DNA of 64,000 nt from a virus (taxonomy: Duplodnaviria; Caudoviricetes). A program made the translations under genes and the position numbers. The notes under the pieces are model-generated. The model had not been told where the DNA came from. It worked only from the letters and a program-made list of their open reading frames with translations, and did no database searches. Position 1 is the stretch's first letter. Every line of letters begins with the position of its first letter. Below are positions 9,601-18,539 of this stretch, piece after piece. The stretch spans positions 83,518-147,517 of the IMG/VR virus record IMGVR_UViG_2744054987_000003; one strand, 5' to 3'.

Positions 9601-10504
9601 TGCCAGTTGGCGCTAGCGAGGTGTCCCAGCGGCCTGTGTCGACCTTCCAGCTGGTGTTTTCGTCGGTGTCGGGCGGCAGCGTGACGGGGTTGAGCTGACG
9701 AGTGCCGACGGTGTCGTCGATGCTGTAGTAGATGTTCAGGATCTGGTTGTTGTACAGCGGCTGCATGTCGAGAGCGTCGACGTATTGTGGCGAATTGTCG
9801 TCGCCCCGAAGATCCAAAAACAGATTAACCACGGCGTTGGGGTCGGGCTGTGGTGCCGACTTCCAGTAGCTGGTGTAGTTGTTGTCAATGGCGCGTGGTG
9901 CGTCCCAGTCTTTGATGTATTTGCTGATGACGTTGCCGATGGCATCTTGTTCGCTGCTGATGGGTAGGCGTCCGGCGTTGCGGTCGTAGATGTTGCGACG
10001 TAACAGCGCATTACGGATACCGATGACGTAGGACGTGTCACCGAGTACCGAGCTGGGCATCCGGGTGGCACGGATTTGCAGCGCCTTGGCGACGATGGGA
10101 TAGATGTCGCCCTGCCACTTGTACCAGCTGTCGGGAACGCCAGTGGGGGTGAGAATCAGCGACAGAGGGATGCGGTTATTGTCGAAGACTTGTGCCCAGT
10201 TGTTGAGTCGATCTTGGTACCAGACCTCGACGCGCACCGAGACACGCTTGATCTCCATGCTGAAAGCGCTGATGGCCGAAGGTGATTTGAAGTTGATCTG
10301 GATGACTTCGGTAGTGTCGTCGGTGCTGGCGCGCGGCTGCGAGAACCATTCACGTACGCTGGGTGCGCCGATGCTCGGTGTGTTCGGGGATGTCTGCTGC
10401 TGCTTGAGGGCACCGTCCACCAGCTTCTTGAGGCCCAGCGGCCAGGTGAAGTTCCAGTAGAGGCCGTCGAGCGCACTGGGATCAGTGGCGGCGGGTTGTG
10501 TCAC
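6668..10504 (-). CDS. Large baseplate/minor tail protein with carbohydrate-binding-like domains
   Basis: 1278 aa, last gene of tail operon; AIDNNYTSYWKS and INPGFD CBM-type motifs. Confidence 0.75.
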   Translation of the reverse strand: MTQPAATDPSALDGLYWNFTWPLGLKKLVDGALKQQQTSPNTPSIGAPSVREWFSQPRASTDDTTEVIQINFKSPSAISAFSMEIKRVSVRVEVWYQDRLNNWAQVFDNNRIPLSLILTPTGVPDSWYKWQGDIYPIVAKALQIRATRMPSSVLGDTSYVIGIRNALLRRNIYDRNAGRLPISSEQDAIGNVISKYIKDWDAPRAIDNNYTSYWKSAPQPDPNAVVNLFLDLRGDDNSPQYVDALDMQPLYNNQILNIYYSIDDTVGTRQLNPVTLPPDTDENTSWKVDTGRWDTSLAPTGTSSYLFPMSIGPLVNQDMWIGIEWIPDFDPVNDHLANNPNLFTVTPSNNSGTQWWPTIYYDVVAGAIALAFTDGTDTKTYSATLSPALVPGHPLRIAVGWTYESQSVYIKVCLQNGTVIAHLLDENPDLPAQVTVDGEDGFTNFRGRFTSHIVKLEDYTGHASAFLANPNVYVSPDKLLAHENGKLPSTTLDNAVYAANWTLQTHGSGGTDESFFSNKTWTPVWKNFLTGPGKLYFPQKISAKYLKLEFTNLTQEPYPVYDSGIKTVYQTFPISVQQTATTQHPGLLNGGLMELGTELFQGANGIGSVNWLNPASVSAAVDRIYGTTVSPVTVITGASTISSELPSTATSSTVVTNTPRTESANPYVYKRATPNSQVLAGNAITTLINDTIENITTISNGIAEAINDAFTPLVSWARNPTGAAPVQGSDWWKFPGGTFAMPAAVMNGLTALTDTVFGRAPSTVTRTRFVTTSVHRYDIKTVTRDAALAYFAGVREVMALSTTYISGQDPASFDFNVYQIGSSHWSNSDGQAAQLDTGPVTTTGRTYSIINPGFDHNLDNWTLNPADKWSRDGSVGRWKLGALTAVADGTSMDALSSYIDVTPGDEIRFGCWVWWKDLVGTDGTPAFGIGGASYLDDTEVDSSIVFAGIDPANYAATTTSWVHLDYTWTVPTGVNKVHIRPFIDESMTAGQPWFDSVTVGPKVETQAVLANSFTTRSTFAKVNCTFNDSGLVRSDSMWAQADPLDTNIDPLQLAYYVTTTSDNVPTGMWGDTFATWSDSTTKWGADVSLVAMTIDPNMVYNGLRSVHFTRAAGAGEAGLIIAQWTNFIANAMVRPCVVFYKPTQSNNQITLRIKRISDGAYISQEIITKPASGYWYTHQGQFVVVPDSDDQEYFLEVTVSGDDADEIYINDCYCELALIRYAVQLGSQASLDVTALRYAHGSAQVTATTPTNEVAVTTSILSPKAYAYGMTLTPMYLR

Positions 10505-11850
10505 GATGTGCTCCGAACGAAAACAGCCGGATCGCGTTGAGTCTGCGAAGTGGACACGATGCGGTTCTGCGTCATCGAGGCGCTCACTGTCGAGTCACGT
10601 GCCGGTGCGGTGTAGGCAATAGCATACTGCGGCAGGTAGACGGTCTTGCTCTGTGAATCTCCGACGATCGGCAGCCGGTAACGCGAGCCGGTGGCGATGC
10701 CGCCCATGGCGGTAACCTGTGCGCCGTAGGTGTCGATGTAGTCTGCTTGCGAGGAGTAAGGGAAGACATAGTCGGTGCCGTCAGGGTTGATTGCGGGCGC
10801 ACTGGCGGGGTGTTGACCGTACTTGCCGCCGGGGTAGTTGTCGGGGGAATCAGCTTTGCTATAGGGCATCCAGTCGGTGTACTGGGTGTTGGATTCGTAC
10901 TGCACGAAGTTCGTCTCGGGCAGCACGCTGCCGTCGTCGCGCAGCGTGCCGTAGATGACTGAGTCGATGGAGCTACTGGTGCCGCCGTCCATGAGGTAGA
11001 AGTCCGAGGATTCCTGCGTCATGTTGAAGGCTGCGTAAGGCGCTTTGGTCGGCGTGCCGTCGTTGAACATCCACTGCTCCGAAGACGACAAATTGACTGG
11101 CAGCAGTTCTGGCGAAGGCAGTTTGTCTAGGACTGGGGTGGAGATGACAGTCTGTTCCACCTGGTAGTAGGTGGAGTCCGATCCAGCCGCAGCGATCGGC
11201 ACCGGGGTAGCTACTGAAAGTCCGTCAGTGTCGATGGTGACGATGGTGTCGACAGAGATGACCCGCATAAGCATGTCGCGGATCAGTCGTAGTTCTGCTG
11301 GCGCAAGCGAATCCTTGAGTGGCTGAACAACAATTTCGTTGCGGGACGACTCGCGGCCCAGGAACGCTGTCAACCCCCACGAGTCGAGGTAGCGCCATAC
11401 CTCGTAGATGTTGGCCTCTACGGACAGTGCGGCGTTCACGCAGGCGCTGACACCCAGAGGGGTGCTGCCAAGACTGCACGCCTTGAAGAAGCCTGTGATG
11501 CGGGCGCGAAATGCTGCGTCCTTGACTCGGACCTCGTCCCACTGGTCGCTGGTGAGCATGTCCGAGGACGGGTTGTAGTTGTAACTCTCCGAAGGTGAGC
11601 GAGCCAGGAAGCTGAGTTTGCCGAAGATGTAGTCCAGTTCGTTGAAGTACATCGTGTCGATGGCAGCGTTGAGTCGTGCCAGCAGTGACTGGTTGACCAG
11701 TGCTCCTGCACCGGAGCTTCCGCACAATGAGTCAACGAGCTTGTAGAGGATCGTCGAAGTGTCACCACGGTAGATGTTTCGATCAAAATGTGCCATGCGC
11801 AGTTCGGTGGAACGTGGCGCGATGAGCGGAAATGCTTGAGAGACAGCCAC
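10501..11850 (-). CDS. Baseplate wedge protein (gpI-like)
   Basis: Follows baseplate J; DAAFRARI...GSTPLGV pattern. Confidence 0.7.
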   Translation of the reverse strand: MAVSQAFPLIAPRSTELRMAHFDRNIYRGDTSTILYKLVDSLCGSSGAGALVNQSLLARLNAAIDTMYFNELDYIFGKLSFLARSPSESYNYNPSSDMLTSDQWDEVRVKDAAFRARITGFFKACSLGSTPLGVSACVNAALSVEANIYEVWRYLDSWGLTAFLGRESSRNEIVVQPLKDSLAPAELRLIRDMLMRVISVDTIVTIDTDGLSVATPVPIAAAGSDSTYYQVEQTVISTPVLDKLPSPELLPVNLSSSEQWMFNDGTPTKAPYAAFNMTQESSDFYLMDGGTSSSIDSVIYGTLRDDGSVLPETNFVQYESNTQYTDWMPYSKADSPDNYPGGKYGQHPASAPAINPDGTDYVFPYSSQADYIDTYGAQVTAMGGIATGSRYRLPIVGDSQSKTVYLPQYAIAYTAPARDSTVSASMTQNRIVSTSQTQRDPAVFVRSTS

Positions 11851-11851
11851 C

Positions 11852-13612
11852 CTAAGGAGCCGCCTTCCGAATGATGACAGTCTTGACGAAGACCGGCAAT
11901 GTGTTGTCTAGGAACTTGAAGTCGTCGGTCTTGCTGTCGTGCGGTGTCGGATCTGAGGAGCTGTTGCGCAGCTGCACACCGTAGTCGGTCGCGTTGTCCG
12001 ATGAGGTCGTCAGCTCTACGCTGGCGACGCCGAGCACCTGCTGCACAGCACCGGTCAACGACGAAACTTTGAACTGTGCACCGTATCCCAGACTGGAGAA
12101 GTACACCTTGAGCGCGCTATCGATCGCGGTGTTGACGGTGGCGATCGAGTACGAGGTCTCGTATTCGACGTTCAGGCATGGGGTGACGTACTGGAAGTTC
12201 GCCTGATGCACCATGACATCAGTGGCGACCTGCTTGGAGCTGCTCATAATGTGAGCCAGCAGTTCCGGCGTCTGGTTGTAGATGTAGGTCAGCGTCAATG
12301 CCTGGCCTGTACTCGGGCCGTCGTCGGTCCATTCGATGCCTGAGACTTCCAGGGAGCTGCCCCCGTTGGTGGTGATGTCTTTGAGCAGATGATAGTGCTG
12401 GCCGCGCGTGTAGATGGTCTCGCCCACCGCAATGGTGGATGGGAAGCTGACGATGGGGACTGAACCCAGGCGCATGAAGCGGTTGTTGGCTGATGGGGTT
12501 CCATCGCTTCCGATACGCTCGAAATTGCCGGTGTAGTACGGCGAGGTGGAACTACTCGACAACTGCACCGCTTGAATGACAGTCTGTTCTGTCACCGATA
12601 CAGGGTCGATGCCGTCGACGAAGACATCCACCTTATTGGTGATCGGCGGGTTCTGGGTGGGATCGTTGCGGGAGCATTTCGTGGTGTACTGAAATTCGAG
12701 CCCGACGATATCGCCATCAGCGATCTGGCCGCTGTCGATGCGGGTGAACACCGGAGAGGCCCCTGAAGACAGGTTGTAGTCGTAGGTGTCAGAGTAGAAC
12801 ACCTCGTCTTCCTGACCGATGTTGGAGTAGCACGACGTCATCTTCGGGAAGACGTATTTCACGTCTTGACTGAGGTTGAGCGCCAGAGTGGTGGTCGGTG
12901 CCTGGATCTGCGTGCGATACAGGCTGGTGATGCCATAGACGGCTACCCGTGATACCGAGTTGTTTTGCAAGCACAGGGATTTGTACCAGTCGGCGGTCCC
13001 GGCGATGTTGCGCAGCAGAGTGTCCCGAAACCGTTGACGCAACTCGGCGTCGGTCTCGACATCCACGCCGCCGGTCAGTGCGGTGAGGTTGGTTGCAGAG
13101 CCGGAGCCGATGACGCTGCCGAGGTAGGTGATGGTGTCCGGTGGCACGTTTCCGACGGTGCCGACCACTGAGCACTTCACCGGCACGTCGATGGTCAGTG
13201 ATCCGGCGGGCAGTACTTCGGCCTGTGTACTGGAGAAGTACAGCTGAGTCATGCCGGTGTTGCTGTTGGTGTTGACTCCGCTGCGGGTGAAGAACTGGCT
13301 GCCCAGTGGGATCTGGTAGTCCTGCGGTGCAACGTTGCTCAATGTCACCCGGACAACGCCGGTGGCTGCCTTGCCCTGGAGCCGCCCAAAGCCGTAGATG
13401 CCGACGAACTCCTCCAACTGCAATCCGGTCATGGAGTCGATGTCGAACATGGCACCACACAGGTACTGGTTAACCGATGCTTCGCTGATGGTCTCGGCGA
13501 CGGCGTCGATGATGCCGCGCTCGGGAGTTCCCGGCTCGCAGGACAAACCGGGCGCTACGACGGCGAGCTTGGCGAGAATCTTCGCACTGATCTGCGGAGG
13601 ACTTGAAGGCAT
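11852..13612 (-). CDS. Baseplate J-like protein
   Basis: ATGVV, GTVGNV, GGVDVETDAELRQR...AGT motifs. Confidence 0.92.
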   Translation of the reverse strand: MPSSPPQISAKILAKLAVVAPGLSCEPGTPERGIIDAVAETISEASVNQYLCGAMFDIDSMTGLQLEEFVGIYGFGRLQGKAATGVVRVTLSNVAPQDYQIPLGSQFFTRSGVNTNSNTGMTQLYFSSTQAEVLPAGSLTIDVPVKCSVVGTVGNVPPDTITYLGSVIGSGSATNLTALTGGVDVETDAELRQRFRDTLLRNIAGTADWYKSLCLQNNSVSRVAVYGITSLYRTQIQAPTTTLALNLSQDVKYVFPKMTSCYSNIGQEDEVFYSDTYDYNLSSGASPVFTRIDSGQIADGDIVGLEFQYTTKCSRNDPTQNPPITNKVDVFVDGIDPVSVTEQTVIQAVQLSSSSTSPYYTGNFERIGSDGTPSANNRFMRLGSVPIVSFPSTIAVGETIYTRGQHYHLLKDITTNGGSSLEVSGIEWTDDGPSTGQALTLTYIYNQTPELLAHIMSSSKQVATDVMVHQANFQYVTPCLNVEYETSYSIATVNTAIDSALKVYFSSLGYGAQFKVSSLTGAVQQVLGVASVELTTSSDNATDYGVQLRNSSSDPTPHDSKTDDFKFLDNTLPVFVKTVIIRKAAP

Positions 13613-13616
13613 GGGT

Positions 13617-14039
13617 TTACAGACTCTGTGTCACATTCACGGTCCCGCTACTGCTGCCAGCGCTGGTGACTTTGACTGCGGCGCTGACGGTGTCGTAGTT
13701 GATCGAAACCGTGACGTCATCGATGGAATAAAGGATTTCAGTGAGGGACAACTTCTTAGGGGTTTCCTTGAGGACTTTTCGTTGAAGTCGTTGATAGTTG
13801 TCGAGTACGCGATTGATCTCGCGTCTGACGCGCTCGGCGGTGGCGTTGCCGACAACCCCGCCGATCATGTCAGGCAGGATCGAACCCATGTCGACATGAA
13901 ACCGGTCGCTCTGGTAAGTCTGGAGCATCCACATCTGAAGGTCTTGGGCCAGCTTGTCCCAGCCGTAGACGATGCCTAGAGCGGACCCGGCCTGCACGAG
14001 ATCGCCGTTCTTGACGGCAAGACTGTAGGACACGACCAC
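13617..14039 (-). CDS. Baseplate wedge/sheath initiator (gp25-like)
   Basis: NGDL, DRFHVDMGS motifs; position before J. Confidence 0.8.
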   Translation of the reverse strand: MVVSYSLAVKNGDLVQAGSALGIVYGWDKLAQDLQMWMLQTYQSDRFHVDMGSILPDMIGGVVGNATAERVRREINRVLDNYQRLQRKVLKETPKKLSLTEILYSIDDVTVSINYDTVSAAVKVTSAGSSSGTVNVTQSL

Positions 14040-14071
14040 CTCCTACCCTTTAGGGCGGTGAATCGGCGTTG

Positions 14072-14251
14072 CTATTCGACCGGCGACGCTGGAACGATGT
14101 GTTCTACGACTTCAGGAACAGTTTCGGACGACTCGACCGAAGCACGAGCGGATACCTCACGATGCGCGCCGGACTCTCCGGGGCCAGGTTGTGAAGGTAG
14201 TTCGACCCATGGCGGGCGTCCGCCGCTGGGGAAACCTGCCGGAGTGGTCAT
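14072..14251 (-). CDS. Small hypothetical protein
   Basis: ATGA coupling to upstream gene. Confidence 0.45.
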   Translation of the reverse strand: MTTPAGFPSGGRPPWVELPSQPGPGESGAHREVSARASVESSETVPEVVEHIVPASPVE

Positions 14252-14964
14252 AGATATACCCCCGATGCCATTGAGAGCCAGCGAGCCGAGGCGGCCTGCT
14301 GGGCGGTACAGGTGAGCTGCGCTCCGACGCCGACCCCGTCCCACAGCGTCATACCGTTAGTTGAGTAGCGGGTTTTGATCGACGTCGATGTTGATGTTAT
14401 CGGTGTGGAGATTGACGCGCCAGAGTACAAACAGCCTGCCACCAAGTTGGGTGCTTGTAGGCCAGAGGAGTTAATGAATGAGATGTCATCAGAGGAGTTG
14501 GTGTTCCAGTAGTAGGCATGTAGATGGAGGCTCGAACCGATTGCGGCATAAGCAACGCTTGCCACATGCACCTCGGAGATGGTGTCGCTGGATTCGGTTG
14601 AGCTGGCTTCACCGATGATCGCGTGATCGCCTGGCGGCACTCCGGTGATCTCGTAGACCGCCATGCCGCCAAGGCTGGGGGCGCTGGGGGCGTACGGCTG
14701 CCACCAGCGTCGAACACCGGTGTTGCACCAGAACTGCAAACTGCCGCTGAGCTGACTGGCATTGAGCGCCATGATGTAGATGAGCAAAGTGCTGGACTCT
14801 GCGGTTGTGGTGTGGGTGTAGTTGACGTCGATGTAATGGGAACTCGGTGTGGTCACCTCGCTTCCGGCTGCTGAGTCAAATGGATCGGCGGGCACCGCTC
14901 GTCCCCACCACCCCAGCGACTCCTTGCGTACCGGCCATGCGTCATTGAGCCACGGCTGTGTCAT
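14248..14964 (-). CDS. Tail fibre-associated protein
   Basis: Ser/Thr-rich beta-type sequence; coupled to fibre gene. Confidence 0.6.
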   Translation of the reverse strand: MTQPWLNDAWPVRKESLGWWGRAVPADPFDSAAGSEVTTPSSHYIDVNYTHTTTAESSTLLIYIMALNASQLSGSLQFWCNTGVRRWWQPYAPSAPSLGGMAVYEITGVPPGDHAIIGEASSTESSDTISEVHVASVAYAAIGSSLHLHAYYWNTNSSDDISFINSSGLQAPNLVAGCLYSGASISTPITSTSTSIKTRYSTNGMTLWDGVGVGAQLTCTAQQAASARWLSMASGVYL

Positions 14965-16580
14965 GTCGCACTCTCCACAATCCAAACCCGACCTTTTGCA
15001 CCGGAACTGTAGGTGTCGCTGCCCCAGTAGTTAACTGCACCACCACCACCGCCGCCCGGCTCCAGGCCGTCCTGCCCCGCGCCAACCGAGCTACCACCGG
15101 AATAGTTCTGACCGTCAGGACCGCGATATATCTGGCTCGGATGAGGTGCTAGGCCCTGAATGGTGTTGTTGGAGTAGCCAGGCGGATAGGGGGTTTTCGA
15201 GGAACTACCGATCAGTCCACCACCGCCGCTGCCGCCGTTGGCGGTAACCAGTCGTGTTGAGCCGACTTCCACATACGAACTGCTAGCGTTTCCGATGTTG
15301 CCGCCTTGGGTGTATGTCCTGGGGACACCGCCAGCTCCAACAACAACACTTAGCGTAGAGCCTGCAGGAATATCACCAGGCACGGAAAAAGTTCCCGATG
15401 CCCAGGCCCCACCGACCCCACCGAGGTTGGTCGCATAGCCTTTGCCCGACGCGCCCCCTCCTCCGACAGCGATGATATAGACCGTCTTTGTCCATGACTG
15501 CAATTGGAGATTGGACGAGATGTTAAACGGGGTGGTCTTGTTTGCGTGAGTCACCGGCGGCGGCGGCTCGTTAACCTTTTCCTGCAATGCGGTGATCTGC
15601 GACTGCAAGGAGACCGCTTCGTCTCTGAGGATCACGACGTCGTTGTAGAGTGCCTGAATCGCATTGAACATATCAACTACTGTGGGAGGGATCGGATCGC
15701 CGTTCGTATCTTGCTGAAGTGCGACGCCGAGTGCGGTCGTGATGTTCGTCCAGGTGCCCTGCATTGAATCATTGATGTTGTCAAAAGCCGGTGTGCTGAC
15801 CTGATTGCCGGGGACTGTGCCCACTGAGGCGGACGGGATGCCGGTCACCTGCTGGCAGGAGCCAACGCTAAATTTCACTTGTCCGACAGTGCCACTGGCA
15901 ACAGCCAGTCTGACTGCCATGGCGTCCACACCGGTGCCCCAGTGGATTCGTGAACTCATCGTCCAGACCACGCCAGGATCAGAAGCCACCGTAGTGTTGG
16001 GAGTATCGCTAGACGATGATGAAACCGAAGACACGGTTTGCGACTGCACGCCCATGCCCTGGTAGTAGCCAATGAAATCTAGGCGGATCGGATAACTTTC
16101 GGTGGCGGTCAACACAGACCAGGTGAGTCGAATGCTGATGTCGACGTCCTGGGTTTCTGAGATGGGAATAGCGTTGGAGTAGACCTCATAGTTGGCTTCA
16201 CCGTCAGCGTTGATGATGACGCACTTGTCACCCTGGATGATTTGCGGGGTGTTGGATGACACCGTGCCGGGCTGAAAGGTCGGCGCGTTGAGTAGTTCAA
16301 CGGCGACGTCAGCGACGTGCCCAGAGGGCAGCGCCTGGACGACCGAGGGACTGACCGCATTGATGAGATTGCTCGCCGGGAAAGCCGTCAGCGCGGCATG
16401 TACGTCGTCAGCGGTGTTGGTTGTGCCCGATCCGCCAGCGCTTGCAACGATCGCATTGTTGGTCTTTTGAATATCGTCTTGCGCCGTCTTTGCAGTGTCG
16501 TGAATGGTCGACACGGCGCTGCCCGCCACCTGTGCAGGACTGGGCGGTCCCGAGGGCTTGGAGTTCCAGGTGGTAGCCAT
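14961..16580 (-). CDS. Minor tail/fibre protein with C-terminal glycine-rich domain
   Basis: AVGGGGAS...VVVGAGG...PGGGGGG...GRVWI. Confidence 0.8.
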   Translation of the reverse strand: MATTWNSKPSGPPSPAQVAGSAVSTIHDTAKTAQDDIQKTNNAIVASAGGSGTTNTADDVHAALTAFPASNLINAVSPSVVQALPSGHVADVAVELLNAPTFQPGTVSSNTPQIIQGDKCVIINADGEANYEVYSNAIPISETQDVDISIRLTWSVLTATESYPIRLDFIGYYQGMGVQSQTVSSVSSSSSDTPNTTVASDPGVVWTMSSRIHWGTGVDAMAVRLAVASGTVGQVKFSVGSCQQVTGIPSASVGTVPGNQVSTPAFDNINDSMQGTWTNITTALGVALQQDTNGDPIPPTVVDMFNAIQALYNDVVILRDEAVSLQSQITALQEKVNEPPPPVTHANKTTPFNISSNLQLQSWTKTVYIIAVGGGGASGKGYATNLGGVGGAWASGTFSVPGDIPAGSTLSVVVGAGGVPRTYTQGGNIGNASSSYVEVGSTRLVTANGGSGGGGLIGSSSKTPYPPGYSNNTIQGLAPHPSQIYRGPDGQNYSGGSSVGAGQDGLEPGGGGGGAVNYWGSDTYSSGAKGRVWIVESAT

Positions 16581-18539
16581 TTAGTCTCCGGTGTCCGTCC
16601 AGGTGGTCACGTTGCCCACGTCTGTGTATTCGGTCAGTGCAGGTTCAGAAGGGAAGATGACGAATGGGTCTGATGCGACGCCGCGATAGACCCAGTACTT
16701 GGTGGCACCTGCCGACGCCTGCCACGTCAACTTCACTGCGATAGGCCCTAGCCAAGCATGGGCGTATACAGCATTGGATGCGATGGATTCGCCCGCAGCG
16801 TTTACGGCGGTGACGCGATACCAGATGTCGTCGCCTGCCGCACCGACGCCAGGATGCCCGGAGGGAATGGTGACTTCTGAAGCCCATAGCCATGTGGGTG
16901 CAGCCGGAATCGAGGGCGACACAACTGATGAAACCTGGGAGGCAATAGCGGCGGCATCGTTGCCCGCGCTGGTGGCCGCGCCCATAGCATTGGACACGTC
17001 TGCGCCGAGATTCGGTCCCGAACCAGTCGAAGCGACGTTGGTTGGCGGTATCTGGCCGGGCGTGATCGAGTGTTGAGTGGAATTACCGCCTAGGATGTCG
17101 TCGATCAACTTCTTGAGGTCGGCCCCGATGTCATCCCAGCCACGCCCGTTGGCAAAAATGACGTCGTTGAACAAGTTCAAGAAGTCTTGGTTGATGTTGG
17201 CGAAGCTCGATGGCAGGACGCTGTTCTGAAGATTCGCTCCCGACGACCAGCCACCCGAACCGAATAGGTCTTGCATGACCGGGTTCCAGTCACCGGTCTT
17301 GATGGCGTCACCGAGATCGGTGGTGAGGTCTTGGATGTAGTTCTGGGGGATGTTCTGCGGGAGTGCAGGAACCTGGATGGTTGCACCAGACGACCAGCCG
17401 CCAGATCCGAACAGGTCTTCCATGACCGGGTTCCAGTCACCTGTTGTTATGGCGTTGCCAAGATCGGTGGTCAAGTCCTGAATGTAGTTCTGGGGGATGT
17501 TTTGCGGCAGTGCCGGGACTTGGATGGTGGCACCGGATGACCATCCGCCCGAGCCGAACAAGTCCTCCATGACCGGGTTCCAGTCACCGGTCTTGATGGC
17601 GTCACCAAGATCGTCTACCAGGTCGGTGATGTAGTTCTGGGGGATGTTCTGCGGGAGTGCAGGAACCTGGATGGTGCCCCCGCTAGGAACGCTGGTTGTC
17701 CCGTCGCCGAACAGCAGATTCAGCAGTGGCGTCCAGTCGCCGGTGCTAACCAGATCGCTTAGCGCTGTGGTCAGACCGCTGATGAAGTCTTGTGGAATGT
17801 TGGTCGGCAGTGCGGGCACCTGGATGGTGGAGCCGGAAACGTCGTCGGGGTCGGTGAGCAGACGGTTCTTGAGGTCGACCAGTTCCTGCTCGTCAGCTTT
17901 GGTTGCCAGTGCTGCGATGTCCGCATTGGACAGCGGCTTGTCAGCATCGGAGGTATTGTCCACGTTGCCGAGTCCGATGACACTGGAATCGATAACGACA
18001 TCGCCGGTCTGGCCGCCGACAGACTGCACAGGAGCGGCAGCTGCGGCTCGTGCGTCAGTAAAGTAGAGGTTCTCGGCCCCCTCGGGGACAGCGTCTGTGT
18101 CACCGGGTGTCACCGATGTCCAGTTGGGGTCGTCGGTGGTGCCGGTGTTTTGTTGCAGCGCCCCGCCAGAGCTACGCAACTGCGACTGTCCAAGCTGAAG
18201 CACACCTGAATTGACGTTGACCTGCGCGCCATCGAGTTCTAGTGGACCGCTGGAGCCGACACGGACCTGGCCCTCGCTGACCTGGGTGTTGAGGTTGGCT
18301 GAATTGGCAGGCAGTTTGGAGACCAGCCGGTAGTTCATGCTGTTTTCCAGCGTGACGAACCACTGCTCGCCGACAGCCGGGGTGACGTGGACGGCTCCGG
18401 CGGCATAGTTCAGATCAACCATGATGGTGCTGCCACGTCGTGTCATGGCGGTGGCGGTGCGCTTAACGGTGTCGACCGACGTGATGGCCACAGGCTGCGT
18501 GGAATTGCCGCCTGACAGACTCGAAGTGCCGTAGGCCAT
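16581..18539 (-). CDS. Baseplate spike/fibre fusion with 49-aa repeats and FN3-like C-terminus
   Basis: N-terminal OB-like PAVGEQW; GLGNVDNTSDADKP fibre motif; YRVTAVNAAGES. Confidence 0.75.
   Translation of the reverse strand: MAYGTSSLSGGNSTQPVAITSVDTVKRTATAMTRRGSTIMVDLNYAAGAVHVTPAVGEQWFVTLENSMNYRLVSKLPANSANLNTQVSEGQVRVGSSGPLELDGAQVNVNSGVLQLGQSQLRSSGGALQQNTGTTDDPNWTSVTPGDTDAVPEGAENLYFTDARAAAAAPVQSVGGQTGDVVIDSSVIGLGNVDNTSDADKPLSNADIAALATKADEQELVDLKNRLLTDPDDVSGSTIQVPALPTNIPQDFISGLTTALSDLVSTGDWTPLLNLLFGDGTTSVPSGGTIQVPALPQNIPQNYITDLVDDLGDAIKTGDWNPVMEDLFGSGGWSSGATIQVPALPQNIPQNYIQDLTTDLGNAITTGDWNPVMEDLFGSGGWSSGATIQVPALPQNIPQNYIQDLTTDLGDAIKTGDWNPVMQDLFGSGGWSSGANLQNSVLPSSFANINQDFLNLFNDVIFANGRGWDDIGADLKKLIDDILGGNSTQHSITPGQIPPTNVASTGSGPNLGADVSNAMGAATSAGNDAAAIASQVSSVVSPSIPAAPTWLWASEVTIPSGHPGVGAAGDDIWYRVTAVNAAGESIASNAVYAHAWLGPIAVKLTWQASAGATKYWVYRGVASDPFVIFPSEPALTEYTDVGNVTTWTDTGD
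17235..17830 (-). repeat. 147-bp (49-aa) intragenic tandem repeat, about four copies
   Basis: ACCGGGTTCCAGTCACC at 17278, 17425 and 17572; unit TIQVPALPQNIPQNYI.DL..DLG.AI.TGDWNPVM.DLFGSGGWSSGA. Confidence 0.92.

Noticed and set aside
17235-17830. 147-bp repeats as DGR template/variable repeats or CRISPR
   Set aside because: In-frame coding repeats with mostly synonymous differences; no reverse transcriptase in the window
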